DNA of 64,000 nucleotides from a virus (taxonomy: Duplodnaviria > Caudoviricetes), in the IMG/VR virus record IMGVR_UViG_3300031555_001519, positions 32,001 through 96,000 of that record; one strand, 5' to 3'. The notes under the pieces were generated by a model that ran no database searches, was not told where the DNA came from, and worked only from the letters and a program-made list of their open reading frames with translations. This document shows positions 42,801-52,500 of this stretch, piece after piece. Within the stretch, counting starts at the first letter, position 1. Each line of letters begins with the position of its first letter. The position numbers and the translations under genes are program-made.

Positions 42801-43765
42801 GCAAGCTGTTCGATATTTGAAACGTCAATAAAGTCTGTTGTGAATTGGTCTGCATTTCCATAAGCATTACCCGTTGAAGTTCCCAATCCCGTCTCTAAAC
42901 TGCAAGTATCTTTATTAAACAACTGATTTCCTGCTGTAGTAAACTGCTGACTTTCTCCACCTATTGATTCTATTCTAATTAACCCATCTTTACTTCCTTC
43001 AAGAGTAGTCTCTGTTGTAGTAATAGAAATACCGCTACCAAGCATTAAATCTTTACAATTTTCTGCCATTTCATTTGCTCTGTCAGTAGCTTCTTCTGCA
43101 TTTGCAATAGCAGTAGCAGTATCAAGTTGTCTTTTTGATTCTGCTGTTTGTCTTGTAGTTTCATTTGTTTTACGAGTGTTTTCATTAGCAACTCGAACAT
43201 TCTCAGCAGAAGCCCTGTTAGATTCAGCTAATACACGAAATTCTTCTGCGACAACTCTACCTGCTTCAGCAGTAGTAACACTTTCTTCAAGTTCATTTAT
43301 TCTTTCAATTGCTTCGTCCGCAGCATTTACATCACTTTCTATCTTTAACAAAGCATCAGTCAAAGCACTAAACTCATCAGATGCAATAATTTTATCATCA
43401 GGATAAACACTGCCAACAATGATTACGGTTAAAATCATGGTAGATATAGATCTTTGTGTAGATGAATCTAAAAACTGTATTTCTAATTTACCAGTTCCAC
43501 TAGCATAAACCATACTTTCAGAAAAGGTAACTAATACCGTGCCATCCTCTTTGATAGTAGCAGTGTCATATATTGCTCTGTCATCTGGTGTATTCATTTT
43601 CACATTACATTGTAGAGTAGAAGAGTTTAATTTATAAAAAGCTCCATTATCAGTACATGTAATAATTAGATTACGACTATCTTTATCATATTGTTTAACC
43701 GTGACTGTTTTATAATCATTTTGGCAAAAATCTAATGTAATCTTTTGTGTTTGCATTCTTTTCAC
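39848..43765 (-). CDS. BppU-domain upper baseplate / receptor-binding protein (module A)
   Basis: N-terminal KQYDKDSRNL BppU-type domain, AE..R coiled-coil repeats, duplicated YEPYTGG..PNPSYPQEI modules. Confidence 0.75.
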   Translation of the reverse strand: MKRMQTQKITLDFCQNDYKTVTVKQYDKDSRNLIITCTDNGAFYKLNSSTLQCNVKMNTPDDRAIYDTATIKEDGTVLVTFSESMVYASGTGKLEIQFLDSSTQRSISTMILTVIIVGSVYPDDKIIASDEFSALTDALLKIESDVNAADEAIERINELEESVTTAEAGRVVAEEFRVLAESNRASAENVRVANENTRKTNETTRQTAESKRQLDTATAIANAEEATDRANEMAENCKDLMLGSGISITTTETTLEGSKDGLIRIESIGGESQQFTTAGNQLFNKDTCSLETGLGTSTGNAYGNADQFTTDFIDVSNIEQLAFNGKSVSSGTFCVFYDSNKAFISSLSSNSGTITVPSGAHYVRMPIANEFLDKLMINAGTTVLPYEPYTGGIASPNPSYPQEIKKTVVSEIRTHGKNLLKNVATTKTVNGVTFTMNSDGSVTLNGTATSNGDCYLTTGKWGNTDNILGAIGSFILTGTGTKDLHVYAGYGNGALCSLSGGNIEAPFNAQNGVSFVFLRILSGVTYSNFTYYPMIRKADVEDATYEPYTESVTTLSQPIELYGRREFKDVIVQKDGVWGVERNMAVANQNSFPVPTKNTDDGFWIVSGSFANGSNALSKTMVNAYKYLMCDSLLVVPQTSETTSGDAVVSYYGHTGYAEVRPRLRVDKYSAEEVKAICDSATFCYPCKPTFEALPIADQIALNSLKSFDTITYISTDSEIKPIITTEYGTSKTSAHAVEALNKADNAEIEISEMKPIVEELKIPNITSTTETTMPNSYDGRLKVEEIVGGESQQNTTSGKNLLNVTFGYSITKNGVTCTIDNNGIVTLDGTATADGIFLTHEILTTTANKRYNLEVLYVGGSVGKGSSNNAPSVANQDGSNGWQGYNVELNNSSAINSYKFGIDLNMKDAHGIYVYAGNVFNNYKFRMMFLQTDSTILDDVYEPYTGGIPAPNPSYPQEIKKTVVSEIRTRKNNMFDVSKFKTNQYISGDGSVVANGAWGASDYMMVKSPSVTISHKDAQWFQLVIAEYDSKKNFIRNTSKQGFLPTVTQELSKNTSYIRISYSVDVGSGVITREEVMINEGTTALPYEPYTESVVTLSQPIELYGIGDVQDVIEGGKVKRKFEYLRATGNNVEFITPYAETGNAISINKVGKIDGKCISNRFIGVSFNDRVKDVNSFRCYVDSYSGNIIFRVPKSENDNFTSKGDTVNFFDNNEVCVLYELATPTTEELPLADQIALNSLSTYDGITYLEFDSEIEPTFKGEYGTSKIGGYTLEGMLAGRNGELYGKNYVDRLAALEAAIVNNI

Positions 43766-43790
43766 CTCATTTAAAATAATTTAAAAGAGT

Positions 43791-43991
43791 CTACTCTTCA
43801 GTAGACTCTTGTAAACTTTGTAAATATTGTTCTTTTTCTCTAGTTGAAACATTGATGCTTAATTGATTAACTTCAGTGTAAATATCCTTAAGCATCATCT
43901 CTATAATAAAAGGTGGGAGATTACTCTCATTAATCGTTTTTATTAAAGATTGTCTTGTTTCATCAACAACCATTGTAATTGGTTTTTCCAT
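43791..43991 (-). CDS. hypothetical protein (module A)
   Basis: 66-aa ORF with RBS. Confidence 0.55.
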   Translation of the reverse strand: MEKPITMVVDETRQSLIKTINESNLPPFIIEMMLKDIYTEVNQLSINVSTREKEQYLQSLQESTEE

Positions 43992-44012
43992 ATCCCTTTT
44001 CTCCTTTGTTTT

Positions 44013-44210
44013 TTATTCTGGTATTTTTGTATTTATAAAATTATATAATACATCAATCGCACTCAATGCTTCTGAATCCAATACCACAATTTCAGAACGC
44101 TTATTCTGTGTAACAATATTGCCACCTTCATCAATAAGAGAATAAGTAAAAGCTATTTGTTGTCCATTAGCAGTTTGATGTATTGTCATTGAAGTTATTT
44201 TTTTTACCAT
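44013..44210 (-). CDS. hypothetical protein (module A)
   Basis: 65-aa ORF overlapping the stop of the upstream tail gene. Confidence 0.55.
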   Translation of the reverse strand: MVKKITSMTIHQTANGQQIAFTYSLIDEGGNIVTQNKRSEIVVLDSEALSAIDVLYNFINTKIPE

Positions 44211-47200
44211 TCTATTTCTCCTTCATCTTTTGGCTTTTCGCTTATATTAATTTGTTCCATACGAACAGCAGAGTAATTTTTCTGTTTAGAACATATCATC
44301 CAATCAAATGATGCACCAGCTTCACCATGTACTGTAAAGCTATCATATTCTTTTGTAACATATACCTGAGCAGAAGAACTTGTTATAAAGACTTGATATT
44401 CACTATTCATATCAATTGTTTCTGCAAATATAGGGTCAATAAAAATAGTAGTAGAACCTATTTCTGAAATAGTTCCACTACCAATATCTGCAAAATATGG
44501 TTCTGGTGTTTCAAATGCATTCATTCCGACCTTTCCATAATGTTCTGTATCAACAACTCTATGTTTTGTACCAGAACATCCTATATCACCGAACACATAT
44601 AAACCGGAACCACCACCAACATATACACCATTATCACCACTACCATATGTTCCAACATAAAAGCTTGCGAATTTAGATATGTCTGTTTCTGTATTAGATG
44701 GCATCAAATTTATGTCAGTACAATGCATGGTGTTGAAAAACCTCGAAGCACCTCTGAAAAGATGTCTTTCAGTACAACCATTCGGATTCACGCCAAAGTT
44801 CATATAATAATATATATCTGCTGTATCTTCTTCAGTTTTATGAACTTGACCAAGTCCAACACAATTACCATTTGTTATCATAGCAATTCCAGCATTAAGA
44901 TTATTGACTGTAGGATAAGTACCATCTCCACCTATTATACTCAAATGCCCAACTTCTAACCAACCATTCTCTGTTGTTTCAGGATTGGTCAGACCCCACG
45001 TAGAAAACCATAATCTTGCACTGCGAAGAGATGCAAGATAAGGATAACCATCATTTGCGATACCTTCACAAGAAATAGTACCATTAATAGTCGCTTCACC
45101 TTTCGAATCAACTTTAAATTTATCACTTATATTGATAGAACCACCAATAATCTTCTTACCAGTAATAGTAGTACCAGTAATATTCTCAGCAGCAACGCTT
45201 CCGGCAGTAATTTTTAAAGCATTAAGCTTTTCAACATTAAGTACACCATCAACATCAATCTTATTTGCAGAAATAGTAATAGTTTCAGCAGTCTGATTAA
45301 TTTTAGATATTACTTCATCATTACCAACCTTTTTAGATACTTCTAAATTGATTGCTTGAGCAGAAAGTTGAATAGCACTGTTCATCTGAGTGGTAGTGGA
45401 ATAACTTTTCAGCTTTTCAGTAGTATCTGCTTTTGCATTTGACTCTGCTTGATTTGCTTTAGTTGTTGCATCATTAGCACTTGTTTTAAGCACATCATCT
45501 TTAGTGGTTTCTAACTCTTGTTTAGTACTATATGTCTTACTAACTGAAAGATTTATTTCATCTGCTTTAGCTGTAATAGCACTATTCATTTGGGTAGTAG
45601 TAGAATAACTCTTAAGTTTTTCATCTGTATTAGCTTTTGCATTTGATTCAGCAGTGTCAACATAATTCTTATTAGCATAATTGGCATCGTTTTCAAATGC
45701 AGATATCTTGGTAGGAGCATTTGTAATATCTTGCCATGTCATACTAACACCACTAAATACAAGATCTGAACCATCATAAGTTATTTTCCCACCAGCAAAC
45801 GAAAACGTACCATCATTTAAGTTGATATGTGTTCCAGAAGTGGGAGAGTAGTTCTCTGAATAGATCTCTCCTCCAATTATTTGACCACCATGTATGTAGG
45901 GGGAATTTAAAAACTTTGCAGATAAACCATAACCGGTATCTTTTATGAGAACCCCATCAACATACTTATAATAGCTATGTTTTCCTAATCCTAAAGTTAC
46001 TGATTTCCAATTATCATCAGTAAATGCTAAAATGTTATGCGTAATTCTTAGTTGCTCAGAACTAAAATCATCTGCTATATCATCGTAACTTCTAGACAAG
46101 ATACCATTATTGTCAAATGTAATATCACCTCTAACATTGTTTTTTATATTAATAAGAGCTGAATTTAATCCATCTGATTCAAAATTTTTCAATGTGTTTT
46201 GAGCAGAGCTTCCGTGAGAAGCTTGTTTGGACACATATTGATAAGTTGTAGCCATTGACTGAGCAGAATCTAAGATACTCTTAAAATCAACAATTCCAGA
46301 TGAAACCTTGGTCATATCTGAAAACTCAGTATTAATAGATGAAAGGCTTTTTCCATTAATTTCATAAGATATTAATCTTAATCTATAAATGCTATCATCA
46401 ACCTTACATCTAATCCAGTTGCCCAAATAAAATTTATCCTTTATTGGGGCAAATTCTTCCATTGCCAGAAGATTGTATAAATTAGATGATATACTATGCT
46501 GATGTTCGCCTGATTTAACTATTTCTTGTTTGGCAAGCTCTATAAACTCTAAAGCGTTTACAAAAATTTCTGCATTATCTAATCCATCTGAAATGAAATT
46601 GTCGTTTTGATATGTATCTTCTCGACGATAAGAACAGAAGAGAGTGTATAATTCTTCACCTAAATACTTTTCAAAATTTAGAACACTTTGAATCTCATTT
46701 CTTTGTTTAATCAGTTCTGTTTCTCTGTTTTCATATTCTTCAATAGTAATAGCACGAACATACATTTCATCTTGACATGCTGTGAGTTTATAATAGTATG
46801 GAAGATAGAACTCGTTATAATATTTTGCATCTGTGCCAGATTGGTTTTCTTCAATAAGAATATTAAGAACACCTTGAATTGCATCAGCAAAAGATTCTAG
46901 TCTATTATAACAATAATAAGTAAGAGCTTCTTTAAATGTATCTAAATTTGTAATAGATAAAACATCATATAAGCTCTCATCATCACTATCATTACTTGCA
47001 ATATTCTTTTGAATTTTTTGTACAAGGTAATAATTGTAATCATCAGTAACTTTAATAGTAATTATATCTGAATATGCAATGTCTTCTTCATCAGAGTAAT
47101 TTGTAACTTTGAATCTACCAGTCCAGGTACCGTAATTATATCCTTCTGCATCTTTTCCGACATATACAAAATTCCCGGTATCTACTTCAACTTTTACAAA

Positions 47201-48394
47201 ACCGGTTTTAACAAATATACTGGCAAGATTCTTCAAAGCGCTATTAACAGTAGCAGTAGAAGTGTATGAGGTAACAGTGGTAAGACCAATGGGACTCATG
47301 TTTTCTTCTGTTAATTTAGCGGCCTCTGTACTTGCGGTCACTTCTGCAATTTCGATGGTAGGCATCATTTCAGAACGATAATATATTTCGTTATCTATAC
47401 AATCGTAGAGTTCTTCAGAAATAAATTGGTATTCTTCCGAATATAACTCTATTAATTCATCGTATGATTCAATTTTTTCAACAAGTTCTTTTGGCATTCC
47501 TAGCTTTTGCTCTTGTGAAAAATAATACCAATAAGCAGAACCATTAGGATTACAAGCTATAACAGCAGCCGTCATGTTATCGTCTCCAGCTACAAGTCTA
47601 AAACAGTTCTTAACACTATCTACATCTGTTTCAAAAGTAATTTCATCAGTAAGATTGTCTGTGCTAACAAGAATAGTAGTATCTTCTCCATAATATTTTA
47701 ATTTTGTACTATTGCATTTAGGACATGTATCATTAAATTCCCCTCTATGTCCACAATCTACACATACTGTATAAAGGTCGTATACAGAGATGCTACGATC
47801 AATCGAATCAAACTGAAATAAACAATTAAATTGTTCGGCACAATCACCAACAAGAAAATCATAAATACTTGCATTATCTATAGAAAAAGTTCTTTGTATA
47901 TTTACTAAAGAAGCATCTACATGTTTTATATAATAATGAGGAACCTTTTCAAGAACTCTATGTAATAAAGAACCTTTTGGATTATCCGGATTATAAAATT
48001 TAGTAATAACATAATCTTCTCTTGCAATATCGCTTTCGGAGTTGATTTCTACATCTCTTAATAAAGTCTGTGATAACTCTGCCTCACACAAAGATGTTCC
48101 GGTAACCTTTTTTATTAAATTGGACGACTCTGATATATTTACATAAATTTCAAAATATTCATCCAATTCTTTAATCCATACTAATCTAAAATCAGTAATA
48201 TCATTCCATAATCGTTCTTTTCTACCATCGGCTTCTTTATAAATAGTAAAAGATATTTCATTAGCAGAATTAAAATTTGCTTTATACACAAAATCTTCTA
48301 TATTTATAATCTGTCCTTTATGAAAATGGCTCCTATCAGATAATACAACAGTAAAATCTTCTAAGGTACCGTTATTAAAATCAATATTTATCAT
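44204..48394 (-). CDS. Tal-like tail tip / central fibre protein (module A)
   Basis: Follows the Dit-like gene; hub-like N-terminus, duplicated AESNAKA.T.EKLKSYSTTTQMNSAI, ISKINQTAETITISANKI, C-terminal ETPEPYFADIG. Confidence 0.7.
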   Translation of the reverse strand: MINIDFNNGTLEDFTVVLSDRSHFHKGQIINIEDFVYKANFNSANEISFTIYKEADGRKERLWNDITDFRLVWIKELDEYFEIYVNISESSNLIKKVTGTSLCEAELSQTLLRDVEINSESDIAREDYVITKFYNPDNPKGSLLHRVLEKVPHYYIKHVDASLVNIQRTFSIDNASIYDFLVGDCAEQFNCLFQFDSIDRSISVYDLYTVCVDCGHRGEFNDTCPKCNSTKLKYYGEDTTILVSTDNLTDEITFETDVDSVKNCFRLVAGDDNMTAAVIACNPNGSAYWYYFSQEQKLGMPKELVEKIESYDELIELYSEEYQFISEELYDCIDNEIYYRSEMMPTIEIAEVTASTEAAKLTEENMSPIGLTTVTSYTSTATVNSALKNLASIFVKTGFVKVEVDTGNFVYVGKDAEGYNYGTWTGRFKVTNYSDEEDIAYSDIITIKVTDDYNYYLVQKIQKNIASNDSDDESLYDVLSITNLDTFKEALTYYCYNRLESFADAIQGVLNILIEENQSGTDAKYYNEFYLPYYYKLTACQDEMYVRAITIEEYENRETELIKQRNEIQSVLNFEKYLGEELYTLFCSYRREDTYQNDNFISDGLDNAEIFVNALEFIELAKQEIVKSGEHQHSISSNLYNLLAMEEFAPIKDKFYLGNWIRCKVDDSIYRLRLISYEINGKSLSSINTEFSDMTKVSSGIVDFKSILDSAQSMATTYQYVSKQASHGSSAQNTLKNFESDGLNSALINIKNNVRGDITFDNNGILSRSYDDIADDFSSEQLRITHNILAFTDDNWKSVTLGLGKHSYYKYVDGVLIKDTGYGLSAKFLNSPYIHGGQIIGGEIYSENYSPTSGTHINLNDGTFSFAGGKITYDGSDLVFSGVSMTWQDITNAPTKISAFENDANYANKNYVDTAESNAKANTDEKLKSYSTTTQMNSAITAKADEINLSVSKTYSTKQELETTKDDVLKTSANDATTKANQAESNAKADTTEKLKSYSTTTQMNSAIQLSAQAINLEVSKKVGNDEVISKINQTAETITISANKIDVDGVLNVEKLNALKITAGSVAAENITGTTITGKKIIGGSINISDKFKVDSKGEATINGTISCEGIANDGYPYLASLRSARLWFSTWGLTNPETTENGWLEVGHLSIIGGDGTYPTVNNLNAGIAMITNGNCVGLGQVHKTEEDTADIYYYMNFGVNPNGCTERHLFRGASRFFNTMHCTDINLMPSNTETDISKFASFYVGTYGSGDNGVYVGGGSGLYVFGDIGCSGTKHRVVDTEHYGKVGMNAFETPEPYFADIGSGTISEIGSTTIFIDPIFAETIDMNSEYQVFITSSSAQVYVTKEYDSFTVHGEAGASFDWMICSKQKNYSAVRMEQINISEKPKDEGEIEW

Positions 48395-49206
48395 ACAATA
48401 ACACCAGCCTTTCTAACGAAAGAGTATGTTATTGCAATTTCGCAAGGAAGAGATACTGTAAAAACATTTTCATTAGTGTTTTCATTTACAACAAATCTAG
48501 GATAGCTATAATTAAAATCATTACTTAATGTTGTTCTGTCTAAGCTGCTTCGAATAATTTTATTATAACAATCTAAGGTAATAACCTCTCCATTGGTACA
48601 ATTCTTTATTGTGACTATATTGTTATCAATATTATTTGACATTGAAAAATCGCCACTACTTTTACATGTAATAACGAATTTGGTTGGATATAAATAGCCA
48701 TATTCATCAGAGTTATTAAAAAATGTAAAAGTATTGTTATTATCATCTATTTTAATATCAAGCTCTCTTTCATTTTCATAACCGAAAGGAGAATTAGAAG
48801 TAAAGTTCAATGTAAAACCAATAACTTTACCTCCGATGTAAATAGCGGTTACATTAAAAGAGCCTTTAAAGTAAATTTCAGAATAAGAATTGTCGTCATA
48901 AATTGGACGAAATTTCTCATAGCTCTTTTTATTGAGCCAACGCATTATGTAGGAAATTTCATTATCATTATAAAAATTCATGATACCATCACAAGGGTTT
49001 TTACAAATATCAAATGTAATAGTAATAGGTTCCGCATAATCAACCTTTACAATTCTATTAATATAAGTAGAAGAGTTCTTTAATGTTTCAAATGTTAAAT
49101 TGCTACCAAGTGAAACACTGTCAGAGTCTGATGTGTTTAAATTAGTAATAATACATCCACAATCCGACAAACGCTTGCCGGCATATGAAAAATCAACCAT
49201 ATGCAT
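48391..49206 (-). CDS. distal tail protein (Dit-like, module A)
   Basis: DFSYAGKRLSDCG, RWLN, FTSNSPFGY, DFNYSYPR; second gene after TMP exon 3A. Confidence 0.7.
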   Translation of the reverse strand: MHMVDFSYAGKRLSDCGCIITNLNTSDSDSVSLGSNLTFETLKNSSTYINRIVKVDYAEPITITFDICKNPCDGIMNFYNDNEISYIMRWLNKKSYEKFRPIYDDNSYSEIYFKGSFNVTAIYIGGKVIGFTLNFTSNSPFGYENERELDIKIDDNNNTFTFFNNSDEYGYLYPTKFVITCKSSGDFSMSNNIDNNIVTIKNCTNGEVITLDCYNKIIRSSLDRTTLSNDFNYSYPRFVVNENTNENVFTVSLPCEIAITYSFVRKAGVIV

Positions 49207-49224
49207 ATGAATTCTTCTCCTTTC

Positions 49225-49512
49225 TTAAGTATTCTTTCTTACCGTTTTGAGTAAGTTTTCCATTTCTTTTTTATATTTCTTTTTTTGTTCAACCATAACC
49301 TGAGTCGCTTGAAGATATTTTTCTCTGGCCTCGTTTAAAGAAGTAAGACATTTTAAATGTTCTTCATGATATATTTTTGCAGACTCGATTATTTGCTTAT
49401 TATCATCCACTATTTTCTCCAGTTCTTTAATTCGTTCCGAGAGAGAGGAGTTTTCTTGCTGGAGATCGTGAATGATTTTTCTTTGGATTTCAATTTTTTT
49501 ATCTTTATTCAT
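49225..49512 (-). CDS. coiled-coil hypothetical protein
   Basis: ATG 49512 behind GGAGAG. Confidence 0.55.
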   Translation of the reverse strand: MNKDKKIEIQRKIIHDLQQENSSLSERIKELEKIVDDNKQIIESAKIYHEEHLKCLTSLNEAREKYLQATQVMVEQKKKYKKEMENLLKTVRKNT

Positions 49513-49533
49513 GTACATCTCTCCAATTAAATA

Positions 49534-49559
49534 GAGTTGCAGCTTTGACACTGCAACTC
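49534..49559 (-). terminator. hairpin / weak terminator after TMP exon 3A
   Basis: GAGTTGCAG-TGTCAAAG-CTGCAACTC followed by TATTT. Confidence 0.55.
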
Positions 49560-49565
49560 CATAAT

Positions 49566-52500
49566 TTAATATTTATTTCTTAATAAGCTATTTTTACCAA
49601 TAGACTCATCAATAGTAACTGCCTGAATAAGTTTTCTGCATTGTGAATCTGATTTAATTGCTGTTTTAAGAGCATTTACAAAACCAGGCACATCAGAAAC
49701 ATTATCCATATTAATGGTCATGCTGATATTGTTATTTACATTAGCATTTGCATTTGAAGATAAAGCAGGTGTATTACTAATACCACTAAATAATTGTTCA
49801 TTCAGTGGAATAGTAGTATTTCTTAATATATTAGCAGTATCTTCCGCATTAAGTACAGTTTCTCCACCTTGGAATGGATAAAGCTGTGCTCCGGATGCAA
49901 GTAGAATCGAGCCATCTTTAGCAATCATGATTTCAGAGCCATTTTCACCAAAGATACCCAAACCACGTTTAGCATTCTTTGTACCAGAAGCATAATAATG
50001 TAGATAACTAGGTGTAGTAATCTGTCTAGTTAATTGAGCACCGTATCCCATTCTAACACTATTCGCAATATTACTAGCATCGGGGCTATTTTCTTTCCCC
50101 TTTAATGCTTTTTTGATTTCATCTTGGACACGTCTTTCAACTTCTGCATTAGCAGCATTTCTTGCTTGTGTTTCTGATGTATAACCGCTACCAATAGTAT
50201 CATTACCAATTTTAGCCTTATATCTCGTTACTGGCTTTTTAGGCTCAGGTTCAGGAGCTGGAGTTGGATCGGGTTGAGGTGTAGGTTGAGTATTATTAGA
50301 TGGAACGTTGTTAGTAGTAGGTGCAGGAACAGTATTTGTAGGTTGGTTATTAACTACATTAGTTTGTTCTTTTGCAATACTATTGGCATTGTTTGTTGCG
50401 GTTTTATTAATCGCAGCGATTACATTGGCCATTTCATCTTTAATACTCATCAATGTATTATTAACAGTGGTTGTACCATTCACAATAGAATCTGATATAT
50501 TGCCATTGTCAATATCAGTCAAAGTACTATTGAGTAATGTCATACCATCAGACATTGTGGTACTAACAATTTTTCCGTTCTCATCAATGTAAGCACCAAT
50601 GCTCAATCCTACTTGGTTAATGTTATCGTTGATAACTCGTCCATTTTCATCCAGATGATAACCAAATTTAGAATCAATATTACTGATACTATCGCTTATG
50701 ATACGCCCATTATTGTCAACATAAGTTCCTATAAGTTGACCAGTTTCATCTACATGTAAACTAATAACACGACCATTCTCATCAATATAAGAACCTACAA
50801 GATTACCGTTCTCATCAATCTTTAAATTGGTTTGATTAGCTATATAACCAAGTTCTGCTGTAGCAGCATTGATATCTCCATCAACGGTTTGTAAAATACC
50901 ATACAGAACATCACCATAAACACCGACAATATTCTTAACACCATTGAAACCTGAATCATTACGACTCCAAATTGCTTCCATCTTAGAAGATAATTCATAA
51001 CCAAAAGCACTAGATGCTTCGTATATAGTATCACTGATAATTCCAGCATTGTTATTAGTAGCAACAACTGCTTCAGCAATTAATCCGTCTATATTATCAA
51101 GTCTAGTATTAATCCATTCTTCAGTCTGGTTATATAAATTATCAAGCATTAATTCTTGGTCACTTAACCACTTATCGTATTCAGTTTCCTGAAGGTCTTT
51201 TTCTGCCTCAGATAAACTTAACTGTAACTTCTGAATAGTGGACTTAGCTTCCTCAGAATTGTCTCCGGCATATGCTTGAAGTTGCTTTTGATAATTCTTA
51301 ATAGTATCTGTCTTTTCTCTGATTGTGTTCTGATAATTATATAAATCCTTCTCGGCCTGCAATGCTTCTTTACGCTTATCAATAAGTTCTTGTAAAGAAT
51401 TAAGCATCTTATCATAACCATCAGAAATCAAATCTAAAATAGCTTCCTTCTCTGACATGGCGTTAGAAATAACGTCTTGCTGTAAATCAAGCAATTCATT
51501 ACGTCTATCAATAAGTTCTGTATCATATGGATCTTTTGCCATTTCTTCCTCAATTTTAGAGATTTCTTTGGCATATGCTGCAGCTTGTTCCATATACACG
51601 TTATAATTAACTGCGTGTAAACCTTGTACAGCCAACCCATTGTTTGTGATTTTACCACCTTCAGTATATAAATCGTAACCGTTGAGTATATCAATCAAAA
51701 ATTCAGCTTCATCTGTAATGTCAGTAGTATATTCCTGAATACGATTAAAAGCATCCCAATTAAGTTGTTGTAATGTTTGATTGAACTCTATCAGTTGAGT
51801 GTTGGCATCTTGAATTGCTTTTTCTACATCGTTAATAGAACCAAGCATTTCGTACCAATCTTCAGAATACTTTTCGATAGAACCATTCTTAGCGGCCTCA
51901 TCAAAAGCAGACAGAAGAGAAGAGTATTCATTTTGTAACAGAGATATATTTTCTTGTTGCTTTTCTGACATAGCTCTATAATACGCTTCACTTGCCATAT
52001 ATCCAGCAGCTTCAGACTGAGATACGAATCCTTCAAGCATAGATATGTTATGCGCAATAAGAGAAATCTGGCTATCATATTGCCCTGAAATGTTATTGAA
52101 TTTCGTCATTGCAAGTTCTGCCAAATTTGCACGTAAATCTTCAATGGCATCAGAACAATCAAGCGCTTTATTATACCATTCTTCATATTCTTGAATTTGC
52201 TCTTTTAACTTCTCGTCAGTAATTTCACTTATGTTATAAGCACCACTACGAACAAGTTCCTTATAACCTTCTGCTAAAGGAATACTATTAGCCTTTGCCA
52301 TATATGCATTATAAGCAGTCATTTGAGCAGAAATCTCTTTATTTACTTCGCCCATTTCCTGTGCAAGAGCATTATTACGTGTAGACCAATTACGATAAGT
52401 AGCAGATACTACTTTACCAAGATTGGTAATGTTACGTTGGATGCGAGAGATGAGCGTTTCAATCCAGTCGAAAGTCTCTTTGGTGGATTTAGTTCCGGAG

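Noticed and set aside
39848-43765. Diversity-generating retroelement target/template repeats
   Set aside because: No reverse transcriptase in the window, and the repeat differences are not adenine-specific.
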